Origin: Lysobacterales bacterium
GTDB lineage: Bacteria > Pseudomonadota > Gammaproteobacteria > Xanthomonadales > SZUA-36
Direction of reading: 5' to 3'
DNA length: 64,000 nucleotides
Assembly: GCA_014238945.1 (NCBI GenBank)
Contig: JABAAB010000100.1
Span: 13,612 to 77,611, forward strand
Part shown: piece by piece, positions 22,056-31,787 of the stretch
Layout of the letters: each line of letters begins with the position of its first letter
Numbering within the stretch: position 1 is the first letter of the stretch
The notes under the pieces: model-generated
The model's database searches: none
The model's input: the letters and a program-made list of their open reading frames with translations, nothing else
What the model was told of the DNA's origin: nothing
Made by a program: the position numbers and the translations under genes

Positions 22056-23795
22056 TCATTGGCCGGTTTCTTCTGTATCGGCACGACCCGCCGTCAGGTC
22101 ACTGCGCTGCCTTCCACGGTAGGCGTCCCGATGAACCGAACTGACTGCCCGGCCGGATGGGTCATCCAGTTCCCTCAGACTGCTGTCCCACAATATTGCT
22201 TCCGGTGTACTACAGGCCACTGATGGGCCTCCCGGTACGCATTTGGCCGCGCTGGCGAGTGAAAAATGCTGTTCAAACAGCCGGCGAAACAGGTAGGCCT
22301 CCTCGGTGCCAGGTGTGTTGAAAGGAAACCGTTGTGCAGCATGGGCCATCTGCCTGGCGCTCACCTGGCTGGCGGCATAATCGCGTATGCCATCAATCCA
22401 GCTGTAGCCCACGCCATCGGAAAACTGCTCTTTTTGCCGCCACACGATCTCCTCCGGCAACAGGTCGCTGAAGGCTTCACGCAGTATCTGTTTTTCCATC
22501 TTTCCTTTGGTGATCATCTTGACTGCCGGGTTCAGGGACATGGCCACATCGAGGAATTCACGGTCAAGGAAGGGCACCCGTGCCTCAACACCCCATGCGG
22601 CCATGGCCTTGTTGGCCCGCAGGCAGTCGTAACTGTGCAGTCGCGACAACTTGCGCACGGTCTCTTCGTGAAAGGACCGTGCGTCGGGTGCCTTGTGAAA
22701 ATAAAGGTAGCCACCAAACACTTCGTCCGCACCTTCTCCGGAGAGCACCATTTTTATACCCATGGCGTGTATCTTTCGTGCCAACAGGTACATCGGCGTC
22801 GCAGCGCGGATGGTGGTCACATCATAGGTTTCGAGGTGATAGATGACCTCATCCAATGCGTCAAGACCTTCCTGAAGGGTAAATTCGAAACCATGGTGAA
22901 CCGTACCGATGTGTGCAGCCACTTTTTCGGCAGCCGCAAGATCAGGTGAACCGGTGAGCCCGACAGCAAAAGAATGTAGTCGCGGCCACCATGCCGGGCT
23001 TTGTTCCCTGTCCTCCACCCGCATCCCCGCATGCCTTTGGGTTATCGCGGCGATGATGGATGAATCCAGCCCGCCGGACAACAGCACCCCGTAGGGAACA
23101 TCTGTCATCAGGTGGCTGACCACTGCTTTTTCCAGCGCTTCTCCGACTGCTTTTACGTCTGTGTCAACACCCTCGACACGCGCTTTTTGCACGGCGGAAT
23201 AGTCCTGCCAGGGTCTTTCATAGAAGGGGGTGGGTTGTTCATCTTCACTGTGCCAGTAATGCCCCGGTGGAAATTCCGAAACCACATTGCACACACCCAC
23301 CAGCGCCTTCATTTCCGAGGCCACATACAACTGGTGTTGTTCGTCAAATCCGTAATACAGCGGGTTGATGCCAATATGGTCGCGTGCGATCAGATAAGAA
23401 TTACTGGTTGCATCGTGCAGTACGAACGCGAACATGCCCTGCAGATCATTCAGGAAATCACAACCCTTCTCGAGATAGAGCGGCAGGATGACTTCGCAAT
23501 CCGATTGGGTCCGGAAACCGTACGGCTGCTTTAATGCTTTACGCAGGTCGCGGTGGTTGTATATCTCACCATTGACCGCCAGTGCTTGCTGACCATCGGG
23601 AGAAAGCAGGGGTTGCGCACCGGTATTGACATCTACTATTGCGAGTCGCTCATGTGCCAGTACCGCACCGGGTGCAGTGTGGATACCGCTCCAGTCCGGT
23701 CCACGGTGACGCAGCAGACGCGATTGCTTCAGTGCAATCCCGCGTATTGCCTGCAGGTCTCCGCTGATATCCAGCACAGAAAATATGGAACACAT
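22056..23795 (-). CDS. asnB: Asparagine synthase (glutamine-hydrolysing)
   Basis: 579 aa. N-terminal MCSIF (Cys2 Ntn nucleophile) and PP-loop LLSGGLDSS. AGGA lies 6 nt upstream of the ATG. Confidence 0.92.
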   Translation of the reverse strand: MCSIFSVLDISGDLQAIRGIALKQSRLLRHRGPDWSGIHTAPGAVLAHERLAIVDVNTGAQPLLSPDGQQALAVNGEIYNHRDLRKALKQPYGFRTQSDCEVILPLYLEKGCDFLNDLQGMFAFVLHDATSNSYLIARDHIGINPLYYGFDEQHQLYVASEMKALVGVCNVVSEFPPGHYWHSEDEQPTPFYERPWQDYSAVQKARVEGVDTDVKAVGEALEKAVVSHLMTDVPYGVLLSGGLDSSIIAAITQRHAGMRVEDREQSPAWWPRLHSFAVGLTGSPDLAAAEKVAAHIGTVHHGFEFTLQEGLDALDEVIYHLETYDVTTIRAATPMYLLARKIHAMGIKMVLSGEGADEVFGGYLYFHKAPDARSFHEETVRKLSRLHSYDCLRANKAMAAWGVEARVPFLDREFLDVAMSLNPAVKMITKGKMEKQILREAFSDLLPEEIVWRQKEQFSDGVGYSWIDGIRDYAASQVSARQMAHAAQRFPFNTPGTEEAYLFRRLFEQHFSLASAAKCVPGGPSVACSTPEAILWDSSLRELDDPSGRAVSSVHRDAYRGRQRSDLTAGRADTEETGQ

Positions 23796-23898
23796 GGCCT
23801 GTCCTTTTGTTACGTTTATTCATAATCCATGTTGCATGATACGTTCACTGGGCAAGGCATGGAACCACCTTGTTGAAGTCGGTATGCTAAATATTGTG

Positions 23899-23919
23899 AA
23901 AAAACGGTGTTTATCGCCG
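23899..23919 (-). terminator. Weak terminator-like hairpin
   Basis: Minus strand reads CGGCG-AUAAA-CACCG followed by U6. It lies between korB (about 360 nt upstream) and the asnB promoter region. Confidence 0.3.
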
Positions 23920-23941
23920 CAGAGCGCCTATCCAGAGACAA

Positions 23942-24112
23942 ATGAATGAAGAAATTGCTGAAGTGGTGAATCGGTACAACGAGGGACAATTACAGTCGCA
24001 GTCCACAGTGATTGACGGAATACGGGAAGGCTTAGTTCGCAGGTGGGACAATAACGGACGGCTGGAGAATGAGGAAAACTACGTTAATGACGAATGTATT
24101 GAATGTGAATAA
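23942..24112 (+). CDS. Small ORF (56 aa) with a MORN/YwqK-like repeat fragment
   Basis: MNEEIAEVVNRYNEGQLQSQSTVIDGIREGLVRRWDNNGRLENEENYVNDE... resembles one to two MORN-type repeats. No clear SD. It may be a remnant. Confidence 0.25.
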   Translation: MNEEIAEVVNRYNEGQLQSQSTVIDGIREGLVRRWDNNGRLENEENYVNDECIECE

Positions 24113-24276
24113 GTCCTTGTATAACAAAAGCTGTCCACGCATAAACGCGCACAAGGTTACGCACAAACACCCGGACATGGCCTCTATGCACCTATATAAA
24201 CCCTATGGCAGCACGGCCTCTGCTGCGGATAACGCAATCTCAGGCGGGCATTTATGCCCAGCCGGGGGGTGCCCGT

Positions 24277-25332
24277 TCAGCGCATGAGGCCCTGTAGTTT
24301 GGCCAACGCCTTGCCGCCCGGGTTCAACTTGTCAAAATCAAGATCCTTCATCGGTGTATTTGCGGTTCCGTAAATCCGATGCATTTCAGGTAGCAACGCA
24401 TTGATAAACAACAGGCCGGTTACGACTTCGCCGCGTGTCCGCTGTTGCTCCAGGTAGCGTAGCACACCACTGCGGTTGGTCGGGTTGTAGCCGCTGTCCG
24501 CCTTTTTCAGGATCAGCTTTGAGCCGTCATGTAACTCAACGACCTTGCTCTCACCCGCAGCATAGCTGGCCGTTATCTCGCTCGCCGGTGGAACAAAGTC
24601 CGTCTGCGACGCCTGGTGATAATGATGACGGGTATAGGTATAACTCTTGGTCGAACCCGGGTGATTGTTGAACGTGACACAGGGAGATACCACATCGATG
24701 ACAGCACAACCCGGGTGCATGACACCGGCCTTGATCAGGGTCACCAGTTGGTCCCGGTCTCCCGAGAAACTCCGCGCCACGAAGCTGCCACCCATAGAGA
24801 TTGCGGTTGACACCGAGTCAATGTTTTTCCACTGGTTTATTTCACCTTTCTTGGCCCTGCTGCCCTTGTCAGCGGAGGCCGAAAACTGCCCTTTGGTTAA
24901 TCCGTAAACACCATTGTTTTCGATGATATAAAGCATGTTGATGTTGCGCCTGACCGCATGGCCAAACTGTCCGAAACCAATGGACAAGGAGTCTCCATCT
25001 CCAGAGACCCCGATACAGATCAGGTCGCGGTTGCCTGCCAGGGCGCCGGTGGCAACAGATGGCATACGGCCATGAACCGAATTGAACCCATGTGCCCCGG
25101 AAAGGAAATAAGCGGGTGTCTTGGAGGAGCATCCAATACCGGAAAGCTTGATCACTTTTTCCGGCGGGATGGACAATTCCCAAAAAGCTTCAACAATTGC
25201 TGCCGTAATGGAATCATGTCCACAGCCAGCACAAAGCGTGGAGAGAACACCCTCATAATCACGCCGCAACAAACCCAATTTGTTGGATCTTTGTCCCGGC
25301 AGGTCAATTTTCGGTTTTGCGATATAGGTCAT
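24277..25332 (-). CDS. korB: 2-oxoacid:acceptor (ferredoxin) oxidoreductase beta subunit
   Basis: 351 aa. TPP-binding GDGD motif (IGVSGDGDSLSIG) and Cys ligands CAGCGHD / GIGCSS. ATGA overlap with korA. Confidence 0.88.
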   Translation of the reverse strand: MTYIAKPKIDLPGQRSNKLGLLRRDYEGVLSTLCAGCGHDSITAAIVEAFWELSIPPEKVIKLSGIGCSSKTPAYFLSGAHGFNSVHGRMPSVATGALAGNRDLICIGVSGDGDSLSIGFGQFGHAVRRNINMLYIIENNGVYGLTKGQFSASADKGSRAKKGEINQWKNIDSVSTAISMGGSFVARSFSGDRDQLVTLIKAGVMHPGCAVIDVVSPCVTFNNHPGSTKSYTYTRHHYHQASQTDFVPPASEITASYAAGESKVVELHDGSKLILKKADSGYNPTNRSGVLRYLEQQRTRGEVVTGLLFINALLPEMHRIYGTANTPMKDLDFDKLNPGGKALAKLQGLMR

Positions 25333-27140
25333 GCCACTGCCTCCGGACGCAAATGTGCAAACAAGCCTTCAACCACACAGGAACTCGGTATGGGCATACC
25401 ATCATAATGTAATATCGGTATCAACTTAGCGGCGTCGGTGTTGGTTTCCAGTATCAGCAAAGAACGTAACTGTGCATCACGGTTCTGCTCAACCACGAAG
25501 ACAGTTTCGTGATCCCCTATAAACCCTTTGACCTCCCCGTTGAATGGAAATGCCAGAACACGCATGTAATTTGCATAAACACCACTGGCCTCCAGTTGAT
25601 CCAGCGCTTCCAGAACCGCGCCGTCAGAACTTCCATAGGCAATAATACCGATCCCGGTGTGCTTTTGTGCCGGTTTCAGTACCGGCTCGGGAACCAGCGC
25701 CCTGGCCGTTTCCCACTTGACCAGCAACCGATCCACTACCTCCTTGTACTCCTCGGATTTCTCAGTATAGGCTCCCAGTTTGTTATGTCCTGAGCCGCGC
25801 ACAAAATAAGCCCCCTTCGGGTGCTCGCCCGGCACGGTTCTGGCTGCGATACCGTCACCATCCGAATCAAGGTAGCGATAAAATTTCTCCAGACCCTCGA
25901 TTTCATCGACGTTGAGCACCTTGCCACGATCCGGCCGGTAATTATCATCCCATTCAAGCTCCGGAATCATCCAGTCGTTCATCCCGATATCCAGATCAGA
26001 AAGTACGAATACCGGTGTTTGCAATCGCTCGGTCAAATCAAATGCAGAGACTGCCATTTCAAAGCATTCCTTTGGGTTGGCGGGCAGCAGAACGGGGTGG
26101 CGTGTGTCACCGTGTGAGGCATAAGCACACAGCATGATGTCACATTGTTGGGTACGCGTCGGCATACCGGTGGATGGTCCAACACGCTGTACGTCGAAAA
26201 ACACAGAGGGAATTTCAGCGTAATACGCAAAACCGATAAACTCGCTCATCAGCGAGATACCCGGACCCGAGGTGGGTGTAAAGGCCCGAGCCCCCACCCA
26301 GTTGGCTCCCAAAACGATCCCCGCCGCGGCCAGTTCGTCTTCAGCCTGGACGATACAGTAGTTCTTTTCCCGGCTGTTTTCGTCCACGCGGAACATCTTG
26401 CAATAGCGCTTGAAGCCATCCATCAATGACGTCGAGGGCGTGATCGGGTACCACGCACCCACCGTCGCACCGGCATAGACACAACCCAGACCCGCCGCTG
26501 AGTTTCCGTCTATCAGGATGTGTTTGCTGTTGTCACCCATGGTCTCGGCACGGACCGGCAACGGACATACGAAGTTTTCCTTCGCATAATGGAACCCAAG
26601 GTCGATGGCCTGCAGGTTGCTGTCCACCAGCCTGGGTTTGCTGGCAAAAGTCTCCTCGAGCAGTGTTTGCAATACACTGTGGTCAATGTCCAGCAGTGCA
26701 GCCAGCACACCGACATAGGCGATGTTTTTCATCAGGATTCGTACACGTGCATCACTGAACTGTTCATTGCACAGCTTGGCCAGTGGCACACCCAATACGG
26801 TAATATCTTTACGTGACAACTCGCGTTCCCGTGGCCAGGTAGAGTCATACACCAGGAAACCACCCGTACTCACCTCGTCCATATCCTGTTTGTATGTCTG
26901 CGCATTCATGGCAACCATCACGTCTACCCGGCCGGAGCGTGACATGTAGCCATTGTGATTGGCGCGCACCTCGTACCAGGTCGGCAGACCCTGGATGTTG
27001 GATGGGAACATGTTCTTGCCGGTTACCGGTATGCCCATGCGAAACAGGGCTTTCATCAGCAATCCGTTGGCGCTGGCAGAACCGGTACCATTGACGGTAC
27101 CGATTTTCAGTACAAAATCATTTACCCGGTTTTCTGACAT
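25329..27140 (-). CDS. korA: 2-oxoacid:acceptor oxidoreductase alpha subunit (fused gamma-alpha)
   Basis: Roughly 603 aa from MSENRVNDFVLKIGTVNGTGSASANG, a gamma-domain start, followed by alpha domains (GAWYPITPST). The ORF-track start at 27248 adds 36 aa that overlap the upstream gene. Confidence 0.88.
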   Translation of the reverse strand: MSENRVNDFVLKIGTVNGTGSASANGLLMKALFRMGIPVTGKNMFPSNIQGLPTWYEVRANHNGYMSRSGRVDVMVAMNAQTYKQDMDEVSTGGFLVYDSTWPRERELSRKDITVLGVPLAKLCNEQFSDARVRILMKNIAYVGVLAALLDIDHSVLQTLLEETFASKPRLVDSNLQAIDLGFHYAKENFVCPLPVRAETMGDNSKHILIDGNSAAGLGCVYAGATVGAWYPITPSTSLMDGFKRYCKMFRVDENSREKNYCIVQAEDELAAAGIVLGANWVGARAFTPTSGPGISLMSEFIGFAYYAEIPSVFFDVQRVGPSTGMPTRTQQCDIMLCAYASHGDTRHPVLLPANPKECFEMAVSAFDLTERLQTPVFVLSDLDIGMNDWMIPELEWDDNYRPDRGKVLNVDEIEGLEKFYRYLDSDGDGIAARTVPGEHPKGAYFVRGSGHNKLGAYTEKSEEYKEVVDRLLVKWETARALVPEPVLKPAQKHTGIGIIAYGSSDGAVLEALDQLEASGVYANYMRVLAFPFNGEVKGFIGDHETVFVVEQNRDAQLRSLLILETNTDAAKLIPILHYDGMPIPSSCVVEGLFAHLRPEAVA

Positions 27141-28972
27141 GGGCTGCTGCCGTTGTGATCGATCGCGCGGGGAAACTTGAACATTGATTTTTGCATATCC
27201 CAGGCCGCTGTGGGACAGCGTTCTGCACATAGACTGCAATGCAGACACAGGTTTTCATCCTTGACCATGACCCGGGCGGTCTGCTTCAAAGGTTCAGAAA
27301 CGTACATCGGTTGAGTTGGATCACGTCGCGGAGCCTTCAGCTCGGCGAGTAAGTCCTCTTTCTCCTGGTTGCTCGTGATGGTCAGGCATTGTGTCGGGCA
27401 GATATCCAGGCAGGCATCACATTCAATACAAAGGGAATCGAAAAACACGGTTTGCACATCGCAATTCAGGCATCGCTCGACCTCCTTTTGAACCTGATCT
27501 GCGCTAAAACCCAGTTCGACCTCGGTTACCAGGTCTTTAAACCGGTCCGACAATCCCACGTGTTCCATCTTGCGTCTTGCCGCCGGATCAAAATCGTTGG
27601 AAAAACTCCACTCGTGCATACCCATTTTGCGACTGCCGAGGTTCATCAATACCGGTAGTCGGTCTGCCAGGTCTTCCCCGTGGCAGTGGCGGTGTATTGA
27701 AATCGCAGCCTGGTGACCGTGCTCGACTGCCCAGATAATGTTTTTCGGTCCGAAGGCCGAATCACCACCAAAAAACACACCGGGCAAGGTCGACTCGAAG
27801 CTTGTCTGGTCTACTGTTGGTACATCCCAGCGGTCAAATTCCATTCCCAGGTCACGTTCAATCCATGGAAAGGCATTTTCCTGACCAATGGCCAGGATCA
27901 CATCATCACAGGGTATGACGACCTCACCCGTGGTCCATTGCTCTACGATCCGGCCATATTCAATATCGTATTCGACTTGCTCAAACTTCATGCCGACCAG
28001 GCGGCCGTCCTCGATCACAAAGGACTTGGGTGAGTGATTGACAACAATTTCAACGTTTTCTTCTTCTGCGTCCTCCAGCTCCCAATCCGAGGCCTTGAAA
28101 AAATCACGGGGCTTACGGGCCATCACCTTGACATCTTCAGAACCCAGTCTGAGCGAGGTACGGCAGCAATCCATGGCGGTATTTCCCACACCGATAATCA
28201 ATACCCGCTTACCAATACTTTTTGTATGTTTAAACGCCACCGACTCCAGCCAGTCAATCCCGATATGGATGTTGGCACTGCCCTGCTCACGCCCGGGAAG
28301 CTGTAATTCCTTGCCTTTGGGCGCACCACTGCCAACGAATATTGCGTCGTAGCCTTCCCCGAGCAAGGCCTTCATGCTTTCGACGCGGTGATTGAGCCGA
28401 AGATCAACACCCATCTCCACTATGTATTCGATTTCTTCATTGAGGACTGCTTCGGGCAGACGGAAAGAGGGGATATTGGAGCGCATCAACCCGCCGGGTT
28501 CGGCCAATGCCTCGAATATGGTGCACTCATAGCCCATGGGCATCAGGTCATTGGCCACGGCGAGCGAGGCACAACCCGCACCGATGAGGGCTATTTTTTT
28601 GCCATTTTTCTGTTTGGGAATCTTTGGTAGTTGGTCGCTGATGTCATCACGATGGTCCGCAGCGACACGCTTCAGGCGACAGATGGCCACCGGATTCTGA
28701 TTGGTTCTTCCCCGTCGGCAGGCAGGCTCACAAGGCCGGTCACAGACGCGGCCGAGGATGCCGGGAAATACATTGCTTTCCCTGTTTTGCATGTAGGCAC
28801 CGGTAAAATCACCCTGGGCGATCTTGCGTATATAGTCAGGTACGTCCGTGTGTGCGGGACAGGCCCACTGGCAGTCCACTACCTGGTGAAAATAATCCGG
28901 TATGTTTGTGTTGGTGGGCTTCATTTCTGATGCCAGAACCTCTCCACAATCCCCGCTCTCACGGCGGGACAT
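27122..28972 (-). CDS. GltD-like FAD/NAD(P)H oxidoreductase fused to a 2x[4Fe-4S] ferredoxin domain (KorC-like)
   Basis: 616 aa. N-terminal Fe-S Cys clusters (CQWACPAHTD; CDRPCEPAC), two Rossmann motifs (LIGAGCASLA; IIGVGNTAMD) and C-terminal CLNCDVQ...CIECDACLDICP and CLHCSLCAERCP. The 3' end overlaps korA. An alternative start is the ATG at 28924. Confidence 0.8.
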   Translation of the reverse strand: MSRRESGDCGEVLASEMKPTNTNIPDYFHQVVDCQWACPAHTDVPDYIRKIAQGDFTGAYMQNRESNVFPGILGRVCDRPCEPACRRGRTNQNPVAICRLKRVAADHRDDISDQLPKIPKQKNGKKIALIGAGCASLAVANDLMPMGYECTIFEALAEPGGLMRSNIPSFRLPEAVLNEEIEYIVEMGVDLRLNHRVESMKALLGEGYDAIFVGSGAPKGKELQLPGREQGSANIHIGIDWLESVAFKHTKSIGKRVLIIGVGNTAMDCCRTSLRLGSEDVKVMARKPRDFFKASDWELEDAEEENVEIVVNHSPKSFVIEDGRLVGMKFEQVEYDIEYGRIVEQWTTGEVVIPCDDVILAIGQENAFPWIERDLGMEFDRWDVPTVDQTSFESTLPGVFFGGDSAFGPKNIIWAVEHGHQAAISIHRHCHGEDLADRLPVLMNLGSRKMGMHEWSFSNDFDPAARRKMEHVGLSDRFKDLVTEVELGFSADQVQKEVERCLNCDVQTVFFDSLCIECDACLDICPTQCLTITSNQEKEDLLAELKAPRRDPTQPMYVSEPLKQTARVMVKDENLCLHCSLCAERCPTAAWDMQKSMFKFPRAIDHNGSSPCQKTG

Positions 28973-29085
28973 GGCGCAAGGATAACCGTTTTGCTACAGC
29001 CGTGCACCCACTTGCTATCGGGCGCCTTGTGGGCACACCCGCGTTGCTCTAAGGTGATTGTTGGTCTTGGTCGGGGTTAAATACG

Positions 29086-30624
29086 ATGCCTGTACGCCTA
29101 TCAGTGTATACATTATTCGCCACAATGATGGTGATCACCTGGTCGGTTTCTGCAGGAGATACGCGGGATGTTGGGCTGGTCGCAGACCAGGTCCGTGACT
29201 GGCGACAAATCCATGAACAGGTCATCGTGGACCGCTTTGCCGGTCTACTGTCCATACCAAATGTTGCCAGCGATTCGGTCAACATACGCCGAAATGCCGA
29301 TCACATCTCAAATATGCTGGAAGCTGCAGGGATGCACGTGGAATTATTGGAGCTCGATGGCAGCAACCCGGCGGTGTTTGCCGAAAGGCCTGTAGCGGGT
29401 GCTCAGCGTACCCTGATGATCTACGTCCACTATGACGGTCAACCGGTCAATGCCGACAACTGGGCAGACGACCCATGGACACCTGTGATGCGGTCCAACC
29501 TGGTTGAAAAGAACGGTAAACGGGTCCCGATGAAAGCGCCGTTCGACCCCGAATGGCGGATTTTTGGTCGCTCTGCGGGAGATGACAAGGCCCCTATTGT
29601 GGCATTGCAATCCACCCTGTTGGCACTTGCTGCGTCGGGTATTGAGCCCACGGTCAACCTGAAGGTATTCATGGAAGGTGAGGAAGAGGCTGGATCACCC
29701 AATCTTCGTCGAATACTGGAAAAACACAAGGCCAAACTGGCAGCAGACCTGTGGTTATTCTGTGACGGACCCGCACACCAGTCCAGACGTTGGCAACTGG
29801 TCTACGGTGTTCGTGGCACCTATGGATTTAACCTGACTGTTTACGGACCCAACCGGCCCCTGCACAGCGGGCATTATGGCAACTGGGCACCCAACCCGAT
29901 CATGTTGCTAACTGAATTGATTGGCAGCATGCGCGCCGCAGACGGCAACGTCTATGTGGATGGTTTTTACGACCAGGTGAGTCCGCTTACCCCGTCTGAA
30001 GAAGCCGCCATTGCTGCCTCACCCCTGATGGACAAAATGTTATTGGCAGACCTGGGGATCGGCAGACCCGAAACAAAAGATCGTATTGAGATTGCGATTA
30101 CCCGACCCGCCATGAATCTTCGTGGCATAAAAGGCGGTGATGTAGGCGCAAATGCACGTAATGCGATCCAGCCGTCCGCACAGGCCTCCATTGGTCTGCG
30201 TCTGGTGCCCGATCAGACACCGGAATTCCTGCGGGAGGTGATTGAAAGACACATACGGCAACAGGGCTATCACATCATTCATGACAATCCCACCGACCAG
30301 CAGCGGAGTGAACACGGGCGACTGGTACAGGTCAACTGGCCGAACTACGGTGGTTACCCCTCTTACCGGGCAGCCTTCGATCACCCGCTGGCGGTGCAAA
30401 TCTCAACCATTCTGAACAGACTGTCGGATAATACCCTGATCCAGACACCGACCATGGGTGGCAGTCTGCCTTTGTACGTGGTGGAAGATGTGTTGAATAC
30501 ACCCATCCTGATCCTTCCGGTGGCCAACCACGACAACAACCAGCACGGTGCCAATGAAAATCTTCGATTGCAGAACCTGTGGGATGCCATCGAGATCTAT
30601 GCGGCTGTGCTGACCGGTTTATAG
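29086..30624 (+). CDS. Secreted M20-family peptidase/dipeptidase
   Basis: 512 aa. Signal peptide, then M20 metal-site motifs (VHYDGQPV; GRSAGDDKAPI; MEGEEEAGSP). Confidence 0.8.
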   Translation: MPVRLSVYTLFATMMVITWSVSAGDTRDVGLVADQVRDWRQIHEQVIVDRFAGLLSIPNVASDSVNIRRNADHISNMLEAAGMHVELLELDGSNPAVFAERPVAGAQRTLMIYVHYDGQPVNADNWADDPWTPVMRSNLVEKNGKRVPMKAPFDPEWRIFGRSAGDDKAPIVALQSTLLALAASGIEPTVNLKVFMEGEEEAGSPNLRRILEKHKAKLAADLWLFCDGPAHQSRRWQLVYGVRGTYGFNLTVYGPNRPLHSGHYGNWAPNPIMLLTELIGSMRAADGNVYVDGFYDQVSPLTPSEEAAIAASPLMDKMLLADLGIGRPETKDRIEIAITRPAMNLRGIKGGDVGANARNAIQPSAQASIGLRLVPDQTPEFLREVIERHIRQQGYHIIHDNPTDQQRSEHGRLVQVNWPNYGGYPSYRAAFDHPLAVQISTILNRLSDNTLIQTPTMGGSLPLYVVEDVLNTPILILPVANHDNNQHGANENLRLQNLWDAIEIYAAVLTGL

Positions 30625-30696
30625 CGGTTGCTGTGACTTCTGTTGTCGCTGTCCTGCCCTTTTCAATAGGCGGGACCTGATGCCCTGGAACAGGCC

Positions 30697-30939
30697 ATGG
30701 ATATTCTCGCCCACGATTCCATCTCTAGCGAGTCCTGGCAACGGGGCAATGGATATCCCTATACTCAACATCATGTATTGCTCTTTTCCCTTTTCACCGG
30801 TTTTCATGGTGTCGATGCCCTTGTGTTCAGTCCGTTTACCGGCGTCCTGTTCGGGGCGGATGACCACAGCGACTCCCTGATTACCATCGACCTGTCAACC
30901 GGTGCTGGTTCGCTGGTTGGTCACCCGTGGTGGCTTTGA
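30697..30939 (+). pseudogene. Possible gene remnant (beta-propeller/PEP-CTERM-type repeat fragment)
   Basis: Only the C-terminal roughly 45 codons look protein-like (GVDALVFSPFTGVLFGADDHSDSLITIDLSTGAGSLVG). There is no credible N-terminus or start context, and it is embedded in a 1.16-kb gene-poor stretch. Confidence 0.25.
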
Positions 30940-31066
30940 GAGTCTTGCGATTCCAAAAACCCTGGTTCGAACAAACTAGCGGTCCATATTGAGGTTGCTT
31001 TGACTCCCCCGTACAGGCCGGGCCGGGATTCATTTTTGGTTGGGGATTGCTTGGAATAATTAAAAA

Positions 31067-31127
31067 GTCAGAGCCCGGATTGGAGGGAATTGCAGTCCAT
31101 TCATTTTGGGATGGATCCGGACTCTGA
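31067..31127. repeat. 14-bp inverted repeat (one mismatch)
   Basis: GTCAGAGCCCGGAT (31067-31080) versus ATCCGGACTCTGAC (31114-31127), spaced by 33 nt, within the gene-poor stretch. Confidence 0.5.
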
Positions 31128-31787
31128 CAATATTGTGCTAATCAATAAGTCTTCTTTCAATAAGAATCCTCCTCAACTATCGTTTTTACCTAGAGCCAAA
31201 ACATATATGCAATTTGCATGCCACCGAATTGGTCACCCTCTTACATACTTCACGACATCGCCCCGGGAGTCCTTCAGATGGGTATAGTGGCGGGGTCTCT
31301 TTGATTCCGAACCATCGCAACCAAGTTCAGGCCCGGTAGGTTCAGTCAATTCGTGAGAGGCATTTTGATTCGCATATTGCGATATAATTGCAACTTGCAC
31401 CCGTTGCACTTTGCGTTGAAAGTCGCTCGATCACCACCATTTTGATCAGGTCACGGCGACCTGAATGGTTGCCGTGTAGTTGGTGCTGCAAGTGACAAAT
31501 GTGGTGCTCAACGATTTGGATGCACCCGGTACGGTGTTGCCCCTGATGCTGTTGCCAATGGCAACTGGCCCCTCTTTCGTCCCTGGTTTTGTCGGGCCTT
31601 TGATTGGCTGAAGCCGGTATATCATCGACGTGATGACGGCATGACAACGATCTATGGAAACCTTCTGTCAGTTATATATTGTTGATAGCTGGAGCCGAAA
31701 GAACGATTGAACGGAATGCTGGCCTGCAATGAGCCCGCATCTGTCGACTGACGCGGTGGTGGATACGGTTTGTCTTTTGCGGTGAGG

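Noticed and set aside
24069-24287. 72-aa plus-strand ORF downstream of the MORN-like mini-ORF.
   Set aside because: It has no start signal, its composition is poor, and it overlaps the korB 3' end on the opposite strand.
30955-30980. GGTTCGAA motif resembling a tRNA T-loop.
   Set aside because: The flanking bases cannot form a T-stem (CCCTG versus CAAAC), and no acceptor or anticodon arms can be drawn.
31342-31647. 101-aa His/Gln/Cys-rich minus-strand ORF in the gene-poor island.
   Set aside because: The composition is not protein-like, and a different frame of the same DNA gives the more plausible but truncated surface-protein-like fragment. I treated the whole stretch as decayed or non-coding.
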